A stretch of DNA of 64,000 nucleotides, taken from positions 7,013-71,012 of the forward strand of contig JAFWAG010000001.1 of assembly GCA_017507765.1 (NCBI GenBank), read 5' to 3'. Source of the stretch: Alphaproteobacteria bacterium (lineage in GTDB: Bacteria; Pseudomonadota; Alphaproteobacteria; CACZRW01). The notes under the pieces were generated by a model. That model made no database searches, was not told the origin of the DNA, and saw only the letters and a program-made list of their open reading frames with translations. Position numbers and translations under genes: made by a program. Below are positions 42,566 through 51,874 of the stretch, one piece after another (position 1 is the first letter of the stretch; the number at the start of each line of letters is the position of its first letter).

Positions 42566-42696
42566 TCCTAGGCTTTAAAAAAAAATTAAAAAAAAGGAAA
42601 TTTTTGCCTATCTTTAACTAATTTTTTATTCTAAGTTACATAAAATCTTGATGGGGTTTTGTCAAAACAGCACTTAACGTTAATAAGGGGTTAAAC

Positions 42697-44316
42697 GTGA
42701 GTTCTTTTATAAATAGTATGCGTGGATTAGGTACCGGAAAACTTGCTTCGATGGCCGGTGTCGCTCTGCTTTTAATGGGGATTTTAATTTATATGTCGGT
42801 GCGGCTTGGAGGAACTAATATGGTTCCCTTGTATTCGGATTTAGAGCCGGCAGATGCGAAAAACGTTATAACCCGCCTTGATGAACAAAGAGTACTTTAC
42901 GAAGTTCGGAATAACGGTTCGGAAATCTTGGTTCCTGCCGATGCGGCTATGAAACTGAAAGTGGAAACTTCCGACCTTCTGGACGGAGGAGAAAACTCCG
43001 GATACGGCATTTTTGATAATGCCGATGCTTTGGGTTCTACCAGCTTTGTGCAAAATGTAAATCTGGTTCGGGCTATGGAAGGCGAATTGGCAAGAACTAT
43101 CCGCGGATTGGATAACATTCGTGCCGCTAGAGTGCATTTGGTGCTTCCGAAAAGAGAACTCTTTTCCCGAGATGAACAAAAACCTTCGGCTTCGGTAGTC
43201 GTGAAAATGCGCAGAGGAACTCTGTCCCAGAAACAAGTTATGGCTATTCAAAAACTGGTATCCGCCGCAGTGCCTAAGCTTGACCCGAAGAATGTGGCAA
43301 TTACCGATACCAAAGGCACTTTGCTTTCTCCAGAAACTGGTGATGATATATCCTTTACCGCAAGCAGGAACGAAGAAATCCGCAGAGCGCAGGAAAAGCG
43401 TTTGATGAATGCTATCCAGTACCTTTTGGAACGCTCTTTGGGTCCCGGTAAGGTACGTGCCGAAGTAACTTTGGAAATGGACTTTGATCAGGTCGTAACG
43501 AATAAAGAACTCTATGATCCAGAAACTCAGGTTGTCCGTTCGCAAACTACCATAGAAGAAACCGCCCGTTCCGATGACAAAGAATCTCAGCCGGTAACCG
43601 CCAGTCAGAATATTCCCGATGCGAATATGTCTTCGGCCGCACAACAGCAAACATCTGCTTCAAACCGTACCGAAGAAACCGTTAACTATGAAATATCCAA
43701 AGAAATCATCAATCAGGTACGTAATTCTGGCATAATCAAGAAAATGTCCGTAGCCGTAATCGTGGACGGGACATATTCCTTGGACGATGAAGGCAAAAAG
43801 CTTTATCAGCCAAGAAATGAAAAGGAAATGGAACAGATTGCGTCTTTGGTTCGCTCTGCTGTCGGTTATGATGCAAACCGTGGAGATCAGGTCGAAGTCG
43901 TAAATATGCGCTTTACCGAAATCGACGATATCGTTACCGAAGAAGAAAAACCGTTCTTCATGGGCTTGAGCAAGAGCGAAGTTATCGGGCTTATGGAAAG
44001 CTTGGGCGTGGCGATTGTGGCAATCTTGGTAATCCTTTTGGTTGTCCGTCCCTTGGTCAGCAAAGCCTTTGAAACCGGTAATATGGTTTCTGCCAGAGAT
44101 GCTTTGATGACCGGCGATACGGCAAACCTTATCGAAGCCGCAGGCGGAATGCTTCCCGGTATAGGCGAAGAAATGCAGCTTGACGATTTGATTGATATTG
44201 CTAAAGTCGAAGGTCAGGTGAAAGTTTCTTCCTTGAAGAAGATAAGCGAAATCGTGGATAAACATCCGGAAGAAGCTTTGAATATTATTCGTTCCTGGTT
44301 ATATCGTGGAAACTAA
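42697..44316 (+). CDS. fliF: flagellar MS-ring protein FliF
   Basis: 539 aa with a GTG start and AAGGGG SD, an N-terminal TM, the YscJ/FliF ring-building region (VRAARVHLVLPKRELFSR) and a C-terminal TM plus FliG-binding tail. Confidence 0.9.
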   Translation: MSSFINSMRGLGTGKLASMAGVALLLMGILIYMSVRLGGTNMVPLYSDLEPADAKNVITRLDEQRVLYEVRNNGSEILVPADAAMKLKVETSDLLDGGENSGYGIFDNADALGSTSFVQNVNLVRAMEGELARTIRGLDNIRAARVHLVLPKRELFSRDEQKPSASVVVKMRRGTLSQKQVMAIQKLVSAAVPKLDPKNVAITDTKGTLLSPETGDDISFTASRNEEIRRAQEKRLMNAIQYLLERSLGPGKVRAEVTLEMDFDQVVTNKELYDPETQVVRSQTTIEETARSDDKESQPVTASQNIPDANMSSAAQQQTSASNRTEETVNYEISKEIINQVRNSGIIKKMSVAVIVDGTYSLDDEGKKLYQPRNEKEMEQIASLVRSAVGYDANRGDQVEVVNMRFTEIDDIVTEEEKPFFMGLSKSEVIGLMESLGVAIVAILVILLVVRPLVSKAFETGNMVSARDALMTGDTANLIEAAGGMLPGIGEEMQLDDLIDIAKVEGQVKVSSLKKISEIVDKHPEEALNIIRSWLYRGN

Positions 44317-44329
44317 GGATTAAACAAAT

Positions 44330-45358
44330 ATGGCAAGCAACACCCCACTTCCAGATGACGTAAATGCTCTTTCCGGCCCGCAGAAAGCCGCAATAATGAT
44401 GCTTTCTTTGGGGGACGAACAGGCAACAAAGCTGTTTGCAATGATGGCTGATGATGAAATTCGGGAAATATCTACGATTATGGCAGGTCTTGGAACGGTA
44501 AACTCAGCTACCGTAGAGGCTTTGTTTGTCGAGTTTGCAAATGCTATGTCAAGCCTTGGAAATCTGGTTGGTACTTATGAAAATACGGAAAGGCTCTTGT
44601 TAAAAAGCTTATCCAAAGACCGTGTACAATTCATTATGGAGGAAATGCGGGGACCTGCCGGACGTACCATGTGGGATAAGCTTGGCAACGTTAATGAACA
44701 GGTTTTGGCTAACTACCTTAAAAACGAATATCCTCAAACCGTGGCGGTGGTTTTATCAAAAATTAAATCAACCCACGCTTCAAATGTTTTGGCTTTATTG
44801 CCGGAAAGCTTTGCCATGGAAGTTATCATGCGTATGCTGCGTATGGAATCCATTCAAAAAGAAATCTTGGACGGTGTTGAACAAACCTTAAGAACCGAGT
44901 TCATGAGCAACTTGGCGAAAAGCGCACGCAGAGATTCTCATGAACTGGTTGCCGAAATCTTTAATAACCTTGACCGGAATACGGAAAATCGCTTCATGTC
45001 CGCTTTGGAAGAGCGTAATCGTGAAGCTGCCGACCGCATTAAATCTCTTATGTTTACCTTTGAAGACCTTAGCAGAATTGATTCCCAAGGTATTCAGGTT
45101 ATTCTGCGCAATGCCGAAAAAGACAAGCTGGCTCTTGCCCTCAAAGGCGCTTCGGAAACTGTCCGAGAACTTATGTTCAAGAATATGTCCGAACGTGCAG
45201 GAAAAATGCTCCGAGAAGATATGGAAGCTATGGGTGCCGTTCGTTTGCGTGATGTTGATGAGGCTCAGGCCGCAATTGTTACTATGGCTAAGGAATTGGC
45301 TAACAGCGGAGAAATCTTTATTTCCGAAGGTAAAGATAAAGATGAACTGATTTACTAG
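44330..45358 (+). CDS. fliG: flagellar motor switch protein FliG
   Basis: 342 aa. [31 protein letters not shown], and the C-terminal torque helix region MFTFEDL...LREDME. Confidence 0.95.
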   Translation: MASNTPLPDDVNALSGPQKAAIMMLSLGDEQATKLFAMMADDEIREISTIMAGLGTVNSATVEALFVEFANAMSSLGNLVGTYENTERLLLKSLSKDRVQFIMEEMRGPAGRTMWDKLGNVNEQVLANYLKNEYPQTVAVVLSKIKSTHASNVLALLPESFAMEVIMRMLRMESIQKEILDGVEQTLRTEFMSNLAKSARRDSHELVAEIFNNLDRNTENRFMSALEERNREAADRIKSLMFTFEDLSRIDSQGIQVILRNAEKDKLALALKGASETVRELMFKNMSERAGKMLREDMEAMGAVRLRDVDEAQAAIVTMAKELANSGEIFISEGKDKDELIY

Positions 45359-45372
45359 GCAGACGGCAAAAA

Positions 45373-46209
45373 ATGGGCAAAGAAATTAAATTTATGTTTG
45401 ACCGGCGCTTTGATTTGCCCAGCGGAAGTTTATCTTCTAATGTCTCGGAAGTCCTTACTTCGGTCATCGACGAAATGGTAAAGCCGGAAAATAATCTGGA
45501 ATCGTCTCAAATCGGAAACGATGAAACCACAGGAATTGCGCAGGAAGAATTGCCTCCCGAACCAACCTTTACGGTGGAAGAAACCGAAGCTTTGAAAAAA
45601 GAAAGCTTTAATATCGGTCTTGCCAAAGGCTTGGAACAAGCAAAACAGGAAAAAGAAGAACTTATTTTCCAAACCGCAGAAAATATCGCTTCCGCAATTA
45701 TGGAGATACAAAACCGCCAGTCCGAGTTTGAACAAAAACAAGAAGCTGACTTTATCAATCTGGCTTTGACCGTATGTGAAAAAATCCTGCCGGAAATTAT
45801 TAAAAAGCAAGGGGTGGAAGAAGTAAAAGCTTTGCTTGAAAAATCCCTCCCCGCAGTCAGCGAAGAAAAGAAACTTATTATAAAAGTATCGCCGGATAAT
45901 CAAAAGACGATAAGTCAATATCTGACCAAAAGCGAATTGTTAAAAGATAAAGAAAACAGCTATACCGTAACGGGTGATGAAACTTTACAAAACGCCGACT
46001 GCATAATCAGCTGGAAAAACGGAAGTGTTGAAAGAAAAACAGCAGAAACTTTCCATACCATAAAAGATATGGTAAATAATTATACCAAAGATGCTTCTTT
46101 GGCGGACGATGAACCGGAAAATGAACCGTTAGAGCCGGAAATTACGCCAGAGGAAACTGTGATAGATGAGGGAGATGAAAATGACGGACAGCAAAAATCT
46201 GAATCTTGA
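45373..46209 (+). CDS. FliH-like flagellar export apparatus protein (FlbE position)
   Basis: 278 aa with a central coiled region (AKGLEQAKQEKEEL), then LALTVCEKILPEII...LIIKVSPDN, resembling FliH. The C-terminus is acidic. The position between fliG and fliN supports the call. Confidence 0.55.
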   Translation: MGKEIKFMFDRRFDLPSGSLSSNVSEVLTSVIDEMVKPENNLESSQIGNDETTGIAQEELPPEPTFTVEETEALKKESFNIGLAKGLEQAKQEKEELIFQTAENIASAIMEIQNRQSEFEQKQEADFINLALTVCEKILPEIIKKQGVEEVKALLEKSLPAVSEEKKLIIKVSPDNQKTISQYLTKSELLKDKENSYTVTGDETLQNADCIISWKNGSVERKTAETFHTIKDMVNNYTKDASLADDEPENEPLEPEITPEETVIDEGDENDGQQKSES

Positions 46210-46537
46210 TGAGCTTGATGAAAAACAGCCTATGCCGGAAGTGCCGTCTCCTATCTCTGTGGACTCTGCTCCGTCTGAAAAGTTGCAATCCGTTACCGAA
46301 TTGGAAGCGGTTTATGATATTCCCGTACAGGTTTCTGCCGTTTTAGGAAAAACCAGAATGCCGGTAAATCAGTTGTTGAAACTGGGGCGGGGAGCGATTG
46401 TCGAACTGGATAGAAAAGTCGGTGAAGCAATTGATATTTACGTCAATGACCGTTTGGTAGCCCGTGGAGAAGTCGTTATCGTGGACGATAAACTGGGTAT
46501 TACCATGACAGAAATAATTAAGTCAGATAAAGGATAA
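46181..46537 (+). CDS. fliN: flagellar motor switch protein FliN
   Basis: SpoA domain: IPVQVSAVLGKTRMPVNQLLKLGRGAIVELDRKVGEAIDIYVNDRLVARGEVVIVDDKLGITMTEI. ATG 46181 is preferred (GGAG 6 nt upstream). The track ORF starts at 46166. Confidence 0.9.
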   Translation: MTDSKNLNLDELDEKQPMPEVPSPISVDSAPSEKLQSVTELEAVYDIPVQVSAVLGKTRMPVNQLLKLGRGAIVELDRKVGEAIDIYVNDRLVARGEVVIVDDKLGITMTEIIKSDKG

Positions 46538-46548
46538 AAACAGATATT

Positions 46549-47343
46549 ATGAGATTAAAATACCGAGGAAATCTTGATATTGCTACAGTGTTTGGAATAG
46601 GCGGTGCTTTGTTCCTGATTGCTCTTGCCTTGGTGTTGGGCGGAGATATCAAAGGATTTTTCAACCTTCCTTCGGTTTTAATCGTACTTGGCGGAACTTT
46701 CTGTGCAACCATGGCCTGCTTTTCCATTCCCGATATGGCGAAAAGCGGAAAAATCATTATGAAATCCTTTTTGCGGCCACGGAATAACCCTTTGCACGTT
46801 GCCGTAACCATTTTGGAAACCGCCGAAACTTTACGAGGAGCAACCCTTTTAAAAATCCAAGGGGAAGTATTGGAAAGCTTGCGCCGCTATCCTTTGTTTT
46901 ACGAAGGTATGAGCTGTTTGTTGGACGGCTTTTCCCCAAAAGAAACAATTGATATTCTTACCCAAAAAATGACGGCAACCACTGAACGGCACAAGAAAAC
47001 TACCGGTATTCTACGCAAAGCCGCCGAAATTGCGCCGGCAATGGGGCTTATCGGTACGCTTATCGGCTTAATTCAGATGCTCGGCAATCTTGATGACCCT
47101 GCGAAAATCGGACCGGGAATGGCGGTGGCGCTGATTACAACTTTTTACGGGGCAATACTAGCGTATGTTATTTTAAGCCCCTTGGCCGCCAAAATGGAAA
47201 GAAATGCCCAAGACGAATTGTTGATTAACCAACTGTGCCTTTTGGGAACTTCATCTATTGCCAGACAGGATAATCCTCGGCGGACAGAAATGATATTGAA
47301 CAGTATTCTGCCTCCGTCTAAGCGGATAAACTATTTTGATTAA
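46549..47343 (+). CDS. motA: flagellar stator protein MotA/PomA family
   Basis: 264 aa with four TM segments and the conserved C-terminal core APAMGLIGTLIGLIQML...GPGMAVALITTFYGAILAY. Confidence 0.8.
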   Translation: MRLKYRGNLDIATVFGIGGALFLIALALVLGGDIKGFFNLPSVLIVLGGTFCATMACFSIPDMAKSGKIIMKSFLRPRNNPLHVAVTILETAETLRGATLLKIQGEVLESLRRYPLFYEGMSCLLDGFSPKETIDILTQKMTATTERHKKTTGILRKAAEIAPAMGLIGTLIGLIQMLGNLDDPAKIGPGMAVALITTFYGAILAYVILSPLAAKMERNAQDELLINQLCLLGTSSIARQDNPRRTEMILNSILPPSKRINYFD

Positions 47344-47352
47344 GGGGCTGAT

Positions 47353-48729
47353 ATGCGTATTCTTATAATCGGAAACTTAGGAGGACAAATCGGAGCGGCA
47401 AGCCAAATTGCTATCCAGCGAGGCGCCGAAGTAGTACACGTTCACGATATTGCTCCTGCCTTAGAAATACTCCGCTCCGGTCAAGGCGCCGACTTAGTTA
47501 TGGTTGATGTGGTACTGGATATCAAGGTTTTAGTCGAAAGCTTGGCTACGGAACGTATTTCCGTTCCGGTGGTTGCTTGCGGAATTGCCGCCGATGCTAA
47601 AGCTGCCGTACGAGCGATTAAAGCCGGAGCCAAAGAATATATCCCTTTGCCGCCTGATGCAGAGTTAATCGGCGCAGTTTTAACCGCTGTGTCGATGGAA
47701 AAGCATTCTTTAATTTATAAAGATAAGGCAACCGAAGCTATGGTAAAAATGGCAGAGCAGATAGCTCCTTCCGTTGCAAACGTCCTTATCACCGGTGAAT
47801 CGGGAACCGGTAAAGAAGTAATTGCCCGTTTCCTTCATACCAAAAGCAAACGAGCAAACAACCGCTTTATTGCCGTAAACTGTGCGGCAATTCCGGATAA
47901 CCTTTTGGAATCAGAACTGTTCGGTTATGAAAAAGGTGCGTTTACCGGCGCAGTTGCCCGCCGGATAGGTAAGTTTGAAGAAGCGTCGGGGGGAACTTTG
48001 CTGCTTGATGAAATAAGCGAAATGGATATCCGCCTGCAAGCAAAACTTTTACGAGCCATTCAAGAAAAGGAAATTGACCGTATCGGCGGAAAAACTCCCG
48101 TAAGCGTTGATGTCAGAGTTTTAGCCACCTCTAACCGCAATCTTTCCGAAGAAGTTAAGAACGGTAATTTCCGTGAGGATTTATACTTCCGCTTGAATGT
48201 TATCAATTTGGCGATACCTCCTTTGCGGGAACGGCCGGAAGATATTATTCCGCTGGCAGAGTTCTTTATAAACAAATATTCCGAAATGAACGAAATACCG
48301 GAAAAGCCTTTGTCCGAAGCGGCGAAAAATATGCTGATTGCGTATCGATGGCCGGGGAATGTGCGGGAATTGGAAAACACAATGCACCGTGCCGTACTGT
48401 TATCTGCGGGAAGCGAAATTGCTCCGGAAGCCATAATTCTGACCGAAAGCCCAAGCAGTGTTGCGGCGGCAATTCCGGCAGCTCCGGCGGCTTTAACACC
48501 TCAAGCGGGTTCGGCAACTCCTGCCCAAGATGCACCGGCTCAGCCCTATACTGTTGGACAGACGGTTTCCGATGTAGAGAAAAACTTGATTATCGATACG
48601 TTAAAACATACTCTCGGCAATCGAACTCATGCGGCGAATATCTTGGGAATATCCATAAGAACTTTGCGCAACAAGCTTAAACAATACGCAGATGAGGGAA
48701 ATGAAATCCCTCCTCCGGCCGGAGAATAA
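47353..48729 (+). CDS. flbD: sigma-54-dependent flagellar transcriptional activator FlbD
   Basis: 458 aa with a divergent receiver (GAKEYIPLPPDAELIGAVL, as I recall for Caulobacter FlbD), an AAA+ core (GESGTGKE, GAFTGA, ESELFGYEKGAFTG) and a C-terminal HTH. Confidence 0.9.
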   Translation: MRILIIGNLGGQIGAASQIAIQRGAEVVHVHDIAPALEILRSGQGADLVMVDVVLDIKVLVESLATERISVPVVACGIAADAKAAVRAIKAGAKEYIPLPPDAELIGAVLTAVSMEKHSLIYKDKATEAMVKMAEQIAPSVANVLITGESGTGKEVIARFLHTKSKRANNRFIAVNCAAIPDNLLESELFGYEKGAFTGAVARRIGKFEEASGGTLLLDEISEMDIRLQAKLLRAIQEKEIDRIGGKTPVSVDVRVLATSNRNLSEEVKNGNFREDLYFRLNVINLAIPPLRERPEDIIPLAEFFINKYSEMNEIPEKPLSEAAKNMLIAYRWPGNVRELENTMHRAVLLSAGSEIAPEAIILTESPSSVAAAIPAAPAALTPQAGSATPAQDAPAQPYTVGQTVSDVEKNLIIDTLKHTLGNRTHAANILGISIRTLRNKLKQYADEGNEIPPPAGE

Positions 48730-48743
48730 TCAGGTAAAGAAAA

Positions 48744-50867
48744 ATGGCAGAGCAAGAACAAACGGGGACAACAGGAGGCGGACTTTTCTCCCTTCAAGGA
48801 GTTAAAGGAACTCTGCGCCTCTTAGTTAACCGTCCGGACTTGGCAATGGCTATCGGTATTGTGTTAATTCTGGTGCTGTTGATTATACCAATTCCGCCGG
48901 CTATGCTCGACTTAAGCCTTGCCCTTTCCATTACCATATCGGTTCTGGTTTTGATGACCTCTATCTTTATTGTAAAGCCGCTGGAGTTTACTTCTTTCCC
49001 GATGATTTTGCTGATTGCAACAATCTATCGACTGTCATTAAACCTTGCTTCAACCCGTTTGATTTTATCCAGAGGTCAATACGGCCCTGATGCCGCCGGC
49101 CATGTTATTGAGGCTTTCGGTTCTTTCATCATGGGCGGAAGCTTTATCATAGGCGTTATCGTGTTTGCAATTTTAGTAATTGTAAACTTCATGGTTATTA
49201 CCAAAGGTTCCGGACGTATCGCCGAAGTCGCCGCCCGTTTTGCTTTGGACGCTATGCCTGGTAAACAAATGGCTATAGACGCCGACCTTTCTTCCGGCTT
49301 GATTGATGAAAAAGAAGCCCGTAAACGCCGCGATGAACTGGCGCAAGAAAGCAGCTTTTACGGAGCTATGGACGGTGCTTCCAAATTCGTCCGAGGGGAC
49401 GCAATTGCCTGTATTATCATAACCTCGATTAACATTGTGGCAGGTATCGCCATAGGCATGATGCAACACGGGATGTCTTTTACCAAAGCCGCCGATGTTT
49501 ATATGCGCTTGACCGTCGGTGACGGCTTGGTTGCTCAGGTACCGGCTTTGGTTATTTCGGTTTCCGCCGGTATCATGGTTTCCAAAGCCGGTGTTACCGT
49601 GGCAACGGAAAAAGCTTTGTTCGGACAGCTTTCCAATTATCCGAAAGCTTTGGGTATGAGTGCCTTTCTGTCGTTATGCTTGGCACTGGCTCCCGGAACT
49701 CCGGCGTTGCCGTTTATAACTTTGGCTTTGATTTCCGGCTTTACCGCTTTCTTTTTAAACAAACAGAAAAAACTGGCAAAAGAGCAGGAAGTCGAATTGC
49801 AAAAATTGGCAGAAGCTCCGCCGGAAATAAAGGAAGAACCTATTTCTACGGCCTTGCGGATTGATTTAATCCGCTTGGAACTCGGCTATAGTCTACTTAC
49901 CCTTATCAACGAAAATAATAACCGCAAACTGACCGACCAGATTAAAGCGTTGCGGCGAGCCTTGGCTATGGATATGGGATTTGTTATGCCGTCGGTGCGT
50001 ATTCAGGATAAGATGCAACTGCCCCCGACCGAATATGTCGTATATATCAAAGAGGTAGAAGCCGGCAGAGGTGAACTCCGTCCGGGAATGTTGCTTGCTA
50101 TGGACCCAAGAGGCGAAGAAATATCCTTACCGGGAGAGAAAACGCATGAACCGACTTTCGGATTGCCGGCAACTTGGATAGATGCTTCCAACCGTGAAGA
50201 AGCTATGTTCCGTGGATATACCGTCGTTGAGCCTTCGACAATTATTACCACCCATATAACCGAGCTTGTAAAAGCAAATATGTCAGAGCTGTTATCTTAT
50301 ACCGAAACTCAAAAGCTTTTGGACGAGCTGGATAAAGATGAACAGAAACTGGTTTCCGAGCTTATTCCGAATAAGATTACTATCGGCGGTGTACAAAGAG
50401 TCTTGCAAAACTTGTTGCAAGAACGGGTATCCGTTCGTGATTTGCCGACAATATTGGAAGGCATATCCGAAGCCGTAAACATTACCCATAGCATTACTTT
50501 GATTACCGAACACGTCAGAACCAGATTGGCTCGGCAAATATCAAATGCTAATACCAATGATGACGGAGTGATTATTCTGGTTACTCTTTCTCCGGAATGG
50601 GAGCAAGCTTTTGCCGAAGCTTTGACCGGTAACGGGGAAGATAAGATTTTATCTATGCCACCTTCCCGACTGCAACAATTTATCAGCAGTGTCCGCAAAG
50701 AGTTTGAAGAGTTCGCTATGCAGGGAATAACTCCGGTACTCTTGACCAGTCCGATGATAAGGCCTTATGTTCGTTCTATCATTGACAGATTCCGTCCGGT
50801 TACCGTGGTGCTGTCCCAAAATGAAATCTATCCACGGGCAAAAATTAAAACCGTAGGACAGCTGTAA
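48744..50867 (+). CDS. flhA: flagellar export apparatus protein FlhA
   Basis: 707 aa with an N-terminal 8-TM domain (FPMILLIATIYRLSLNLASTRLIL, FVRGDAIA) and a cytoplasmic C-terminal domain. Confidence 0.95.
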   Translation: MAEQEQTGTTGGGLFSLQGVKGTLRLLVNRPDLAMAIGIVLILVLLIIPIPPAMLDLSLALSITISVLVLMTSIFIVKPLEFTSFPMILLIATIYRLSLNLASTRLILSRGQYGPDAAGHVIEAFGSFIMGGSFIIGVIVFAILVIVNFMVITKGSGRIAEVAARFALDAMPGKQMAIDADLSSGLIDEKEARKRRDELAQESSFYGAMDGASKFVRGDAIACIIITSINIVAGIAIGMMQHGMSFTKAADVYMRLTVGDGLVAQVPALVISVSAGIMVSKAGVTVATEKALFGQLSNYPKALGMSAFLSLCLALAPGTPALPFITLALISGFTAFFLNKQKKLAKEQEVELQKLAEAPPEIKEEPISTALRIDLIRLELGYSLLTLINENNNRKLTDQIKALRRALAMDMGFVMPSVRIQDKMQLPPTEYVVYIKEVEAGRGELRPGMLLAMDPRGEEISLPGEKTHEPTFGLPATWIDASNREEAMFRGYTVVEPSTIITTHITELVKANMSELLSYTETQKLLDELDKDEQKLVSELIPNKITIGGVQRVLQNLLQERVSVRDLPTILEGISEAVNITHSITLITEHVRTRLARQISNANTNDDGVIILVTLSPEWEQAFAEALTGNGEDKILSMPPSRLQQFISSVRKEFEEFAMQGITPVLLTSPMIRPYVRSIIDRFRPVTVVLSQNEIYPRAKIKTVGQL

Positions 50868-50892
50868 AAATAATTAAAGGAGACTTTTACTG

Positions 50893-51870
50893 ATGCGCAT
50901 TAAAACTTTTTCCGCTCCCGACATGACCGAGGCTATGGCTCGGATACGCGCGGATTTAGGGGATAACGCCATCATTGTATCTTCGCAAAAAATAAACGGT
51001 GGGATAAGAGTTACCGCCGCAATAGAAGAAACCGAAGCCGAAAACGAACCGCCAAATAACAATCAGGGGAAAGATTCTTTGCCTAAGGCTCCCGTGCTTG
51101 ACTTGGCGCCGATAAAAGAAGCCCTAACCTATCACAAAGTTCCCGATGTGTTGGCGCAAAGAATTATCCTGATGGCAACGGAAGAAGTCCACCAAACCGC
51201 TTTAAAGGCTTTGGAATATGCTTTGGCAAAGTCATTTTTGTTTTCTCGGCTGCCGGATAATAAGCTGCCGAAAGTATTTATGCTGTTAGGTTCTTACGGG
51301 ACAGGAAAAACCATGGCAGCGGCAAAAATGGCGGCAAAAGCCAAAATGGCGGGCTTTACCCCCGGACTTATTACAACGGATTTTGCCAAACCGGCGGCGA
51401 TTGACGAACTTTCCGGTATTGCCAAAATCCTTGGGGCGGGATTTAGAAAAGCAAAAGATGCTTTGACTTTGGCGGATAAAATCGCCGAGCTGAAAGAATC
51501 CTGCGACTTTATTTACATAGATACTCCAGGAGTAAATCCTTTAAGCAAAGATTCTCTGGCGACTTTAACCGGTTTTGCCGGATTGCCCGAAATAACCAAA
51601 ATATTGACCGTGCCGGCAGGAATTGACGTAAACGATGCGGCGGAAATGGCTAATGCTTTTGCGACTTATACTCCGGCGGAATATATCCTGCCCACCAAAG
51701 TTGATGCGGCAAGACGGCTTGGTTCAATTCTGGTAAGTGCAGATATCGCCGATTTAAAGTTCTTTGAACTGTCTTTGAGTGCGAGTCTGGTTCGCTCGCT
51801 TGGCCCATTAAATGCTTTATCTCTGGCTCGGCTTATGCTGCCGGAGGAATATAACGCCCGCGAAGAGTAA
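50893..51870 (+). CDS. flhF: flagellar biosynthesis GTPase FlhF
   Basis: 325 aa. MRIKTFSAPDMTEAMARIRADLGDNAIIVS N-terminus and SRP-type NG domain motifs GSYGTGKT, DTPG and TKVD. Confidence 0.8.
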   Translation: MRIKTFSAPDMTEAMARIRADLGDNAIIVSSQKINGGIRVTAAIEETEAENEPPNNNQGKDSLPKAPVLDLAPIKEALTYHKVPDVLAQRIILMATEEVHQTALKALEYALAKSFLFSRLPDNKLPKVFMLLGSYGTGKTMAAAKMAAKAKMAGFTPGLITTDFAKPAAIDELSGIAKILGAGFRKAKDALTLADKIAELKESCDFIYIDTPGVNPLSKDSLATLTGFAGLPEITKILTVPAGIDVNDAAEMANAFATYTPAEYILPTKVDAARRLGSILVSADIADLKFFELSLSASLVRSLGPLNALSLARLMLPEEYNAREE

Positions 51871-51874
51871 TCTT

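Noticed and set aside
42841-44265. 269-aa and 201-aa minus-strand ORFs
   Set aside because: They are antisense to fliF, which has clear family signatures. The same reasoning applies to the other long antisense ORFs, for example 8915-9457 opposite pheT, 41423-41950 opposite flgE and 32309-32812 opposite flgK.
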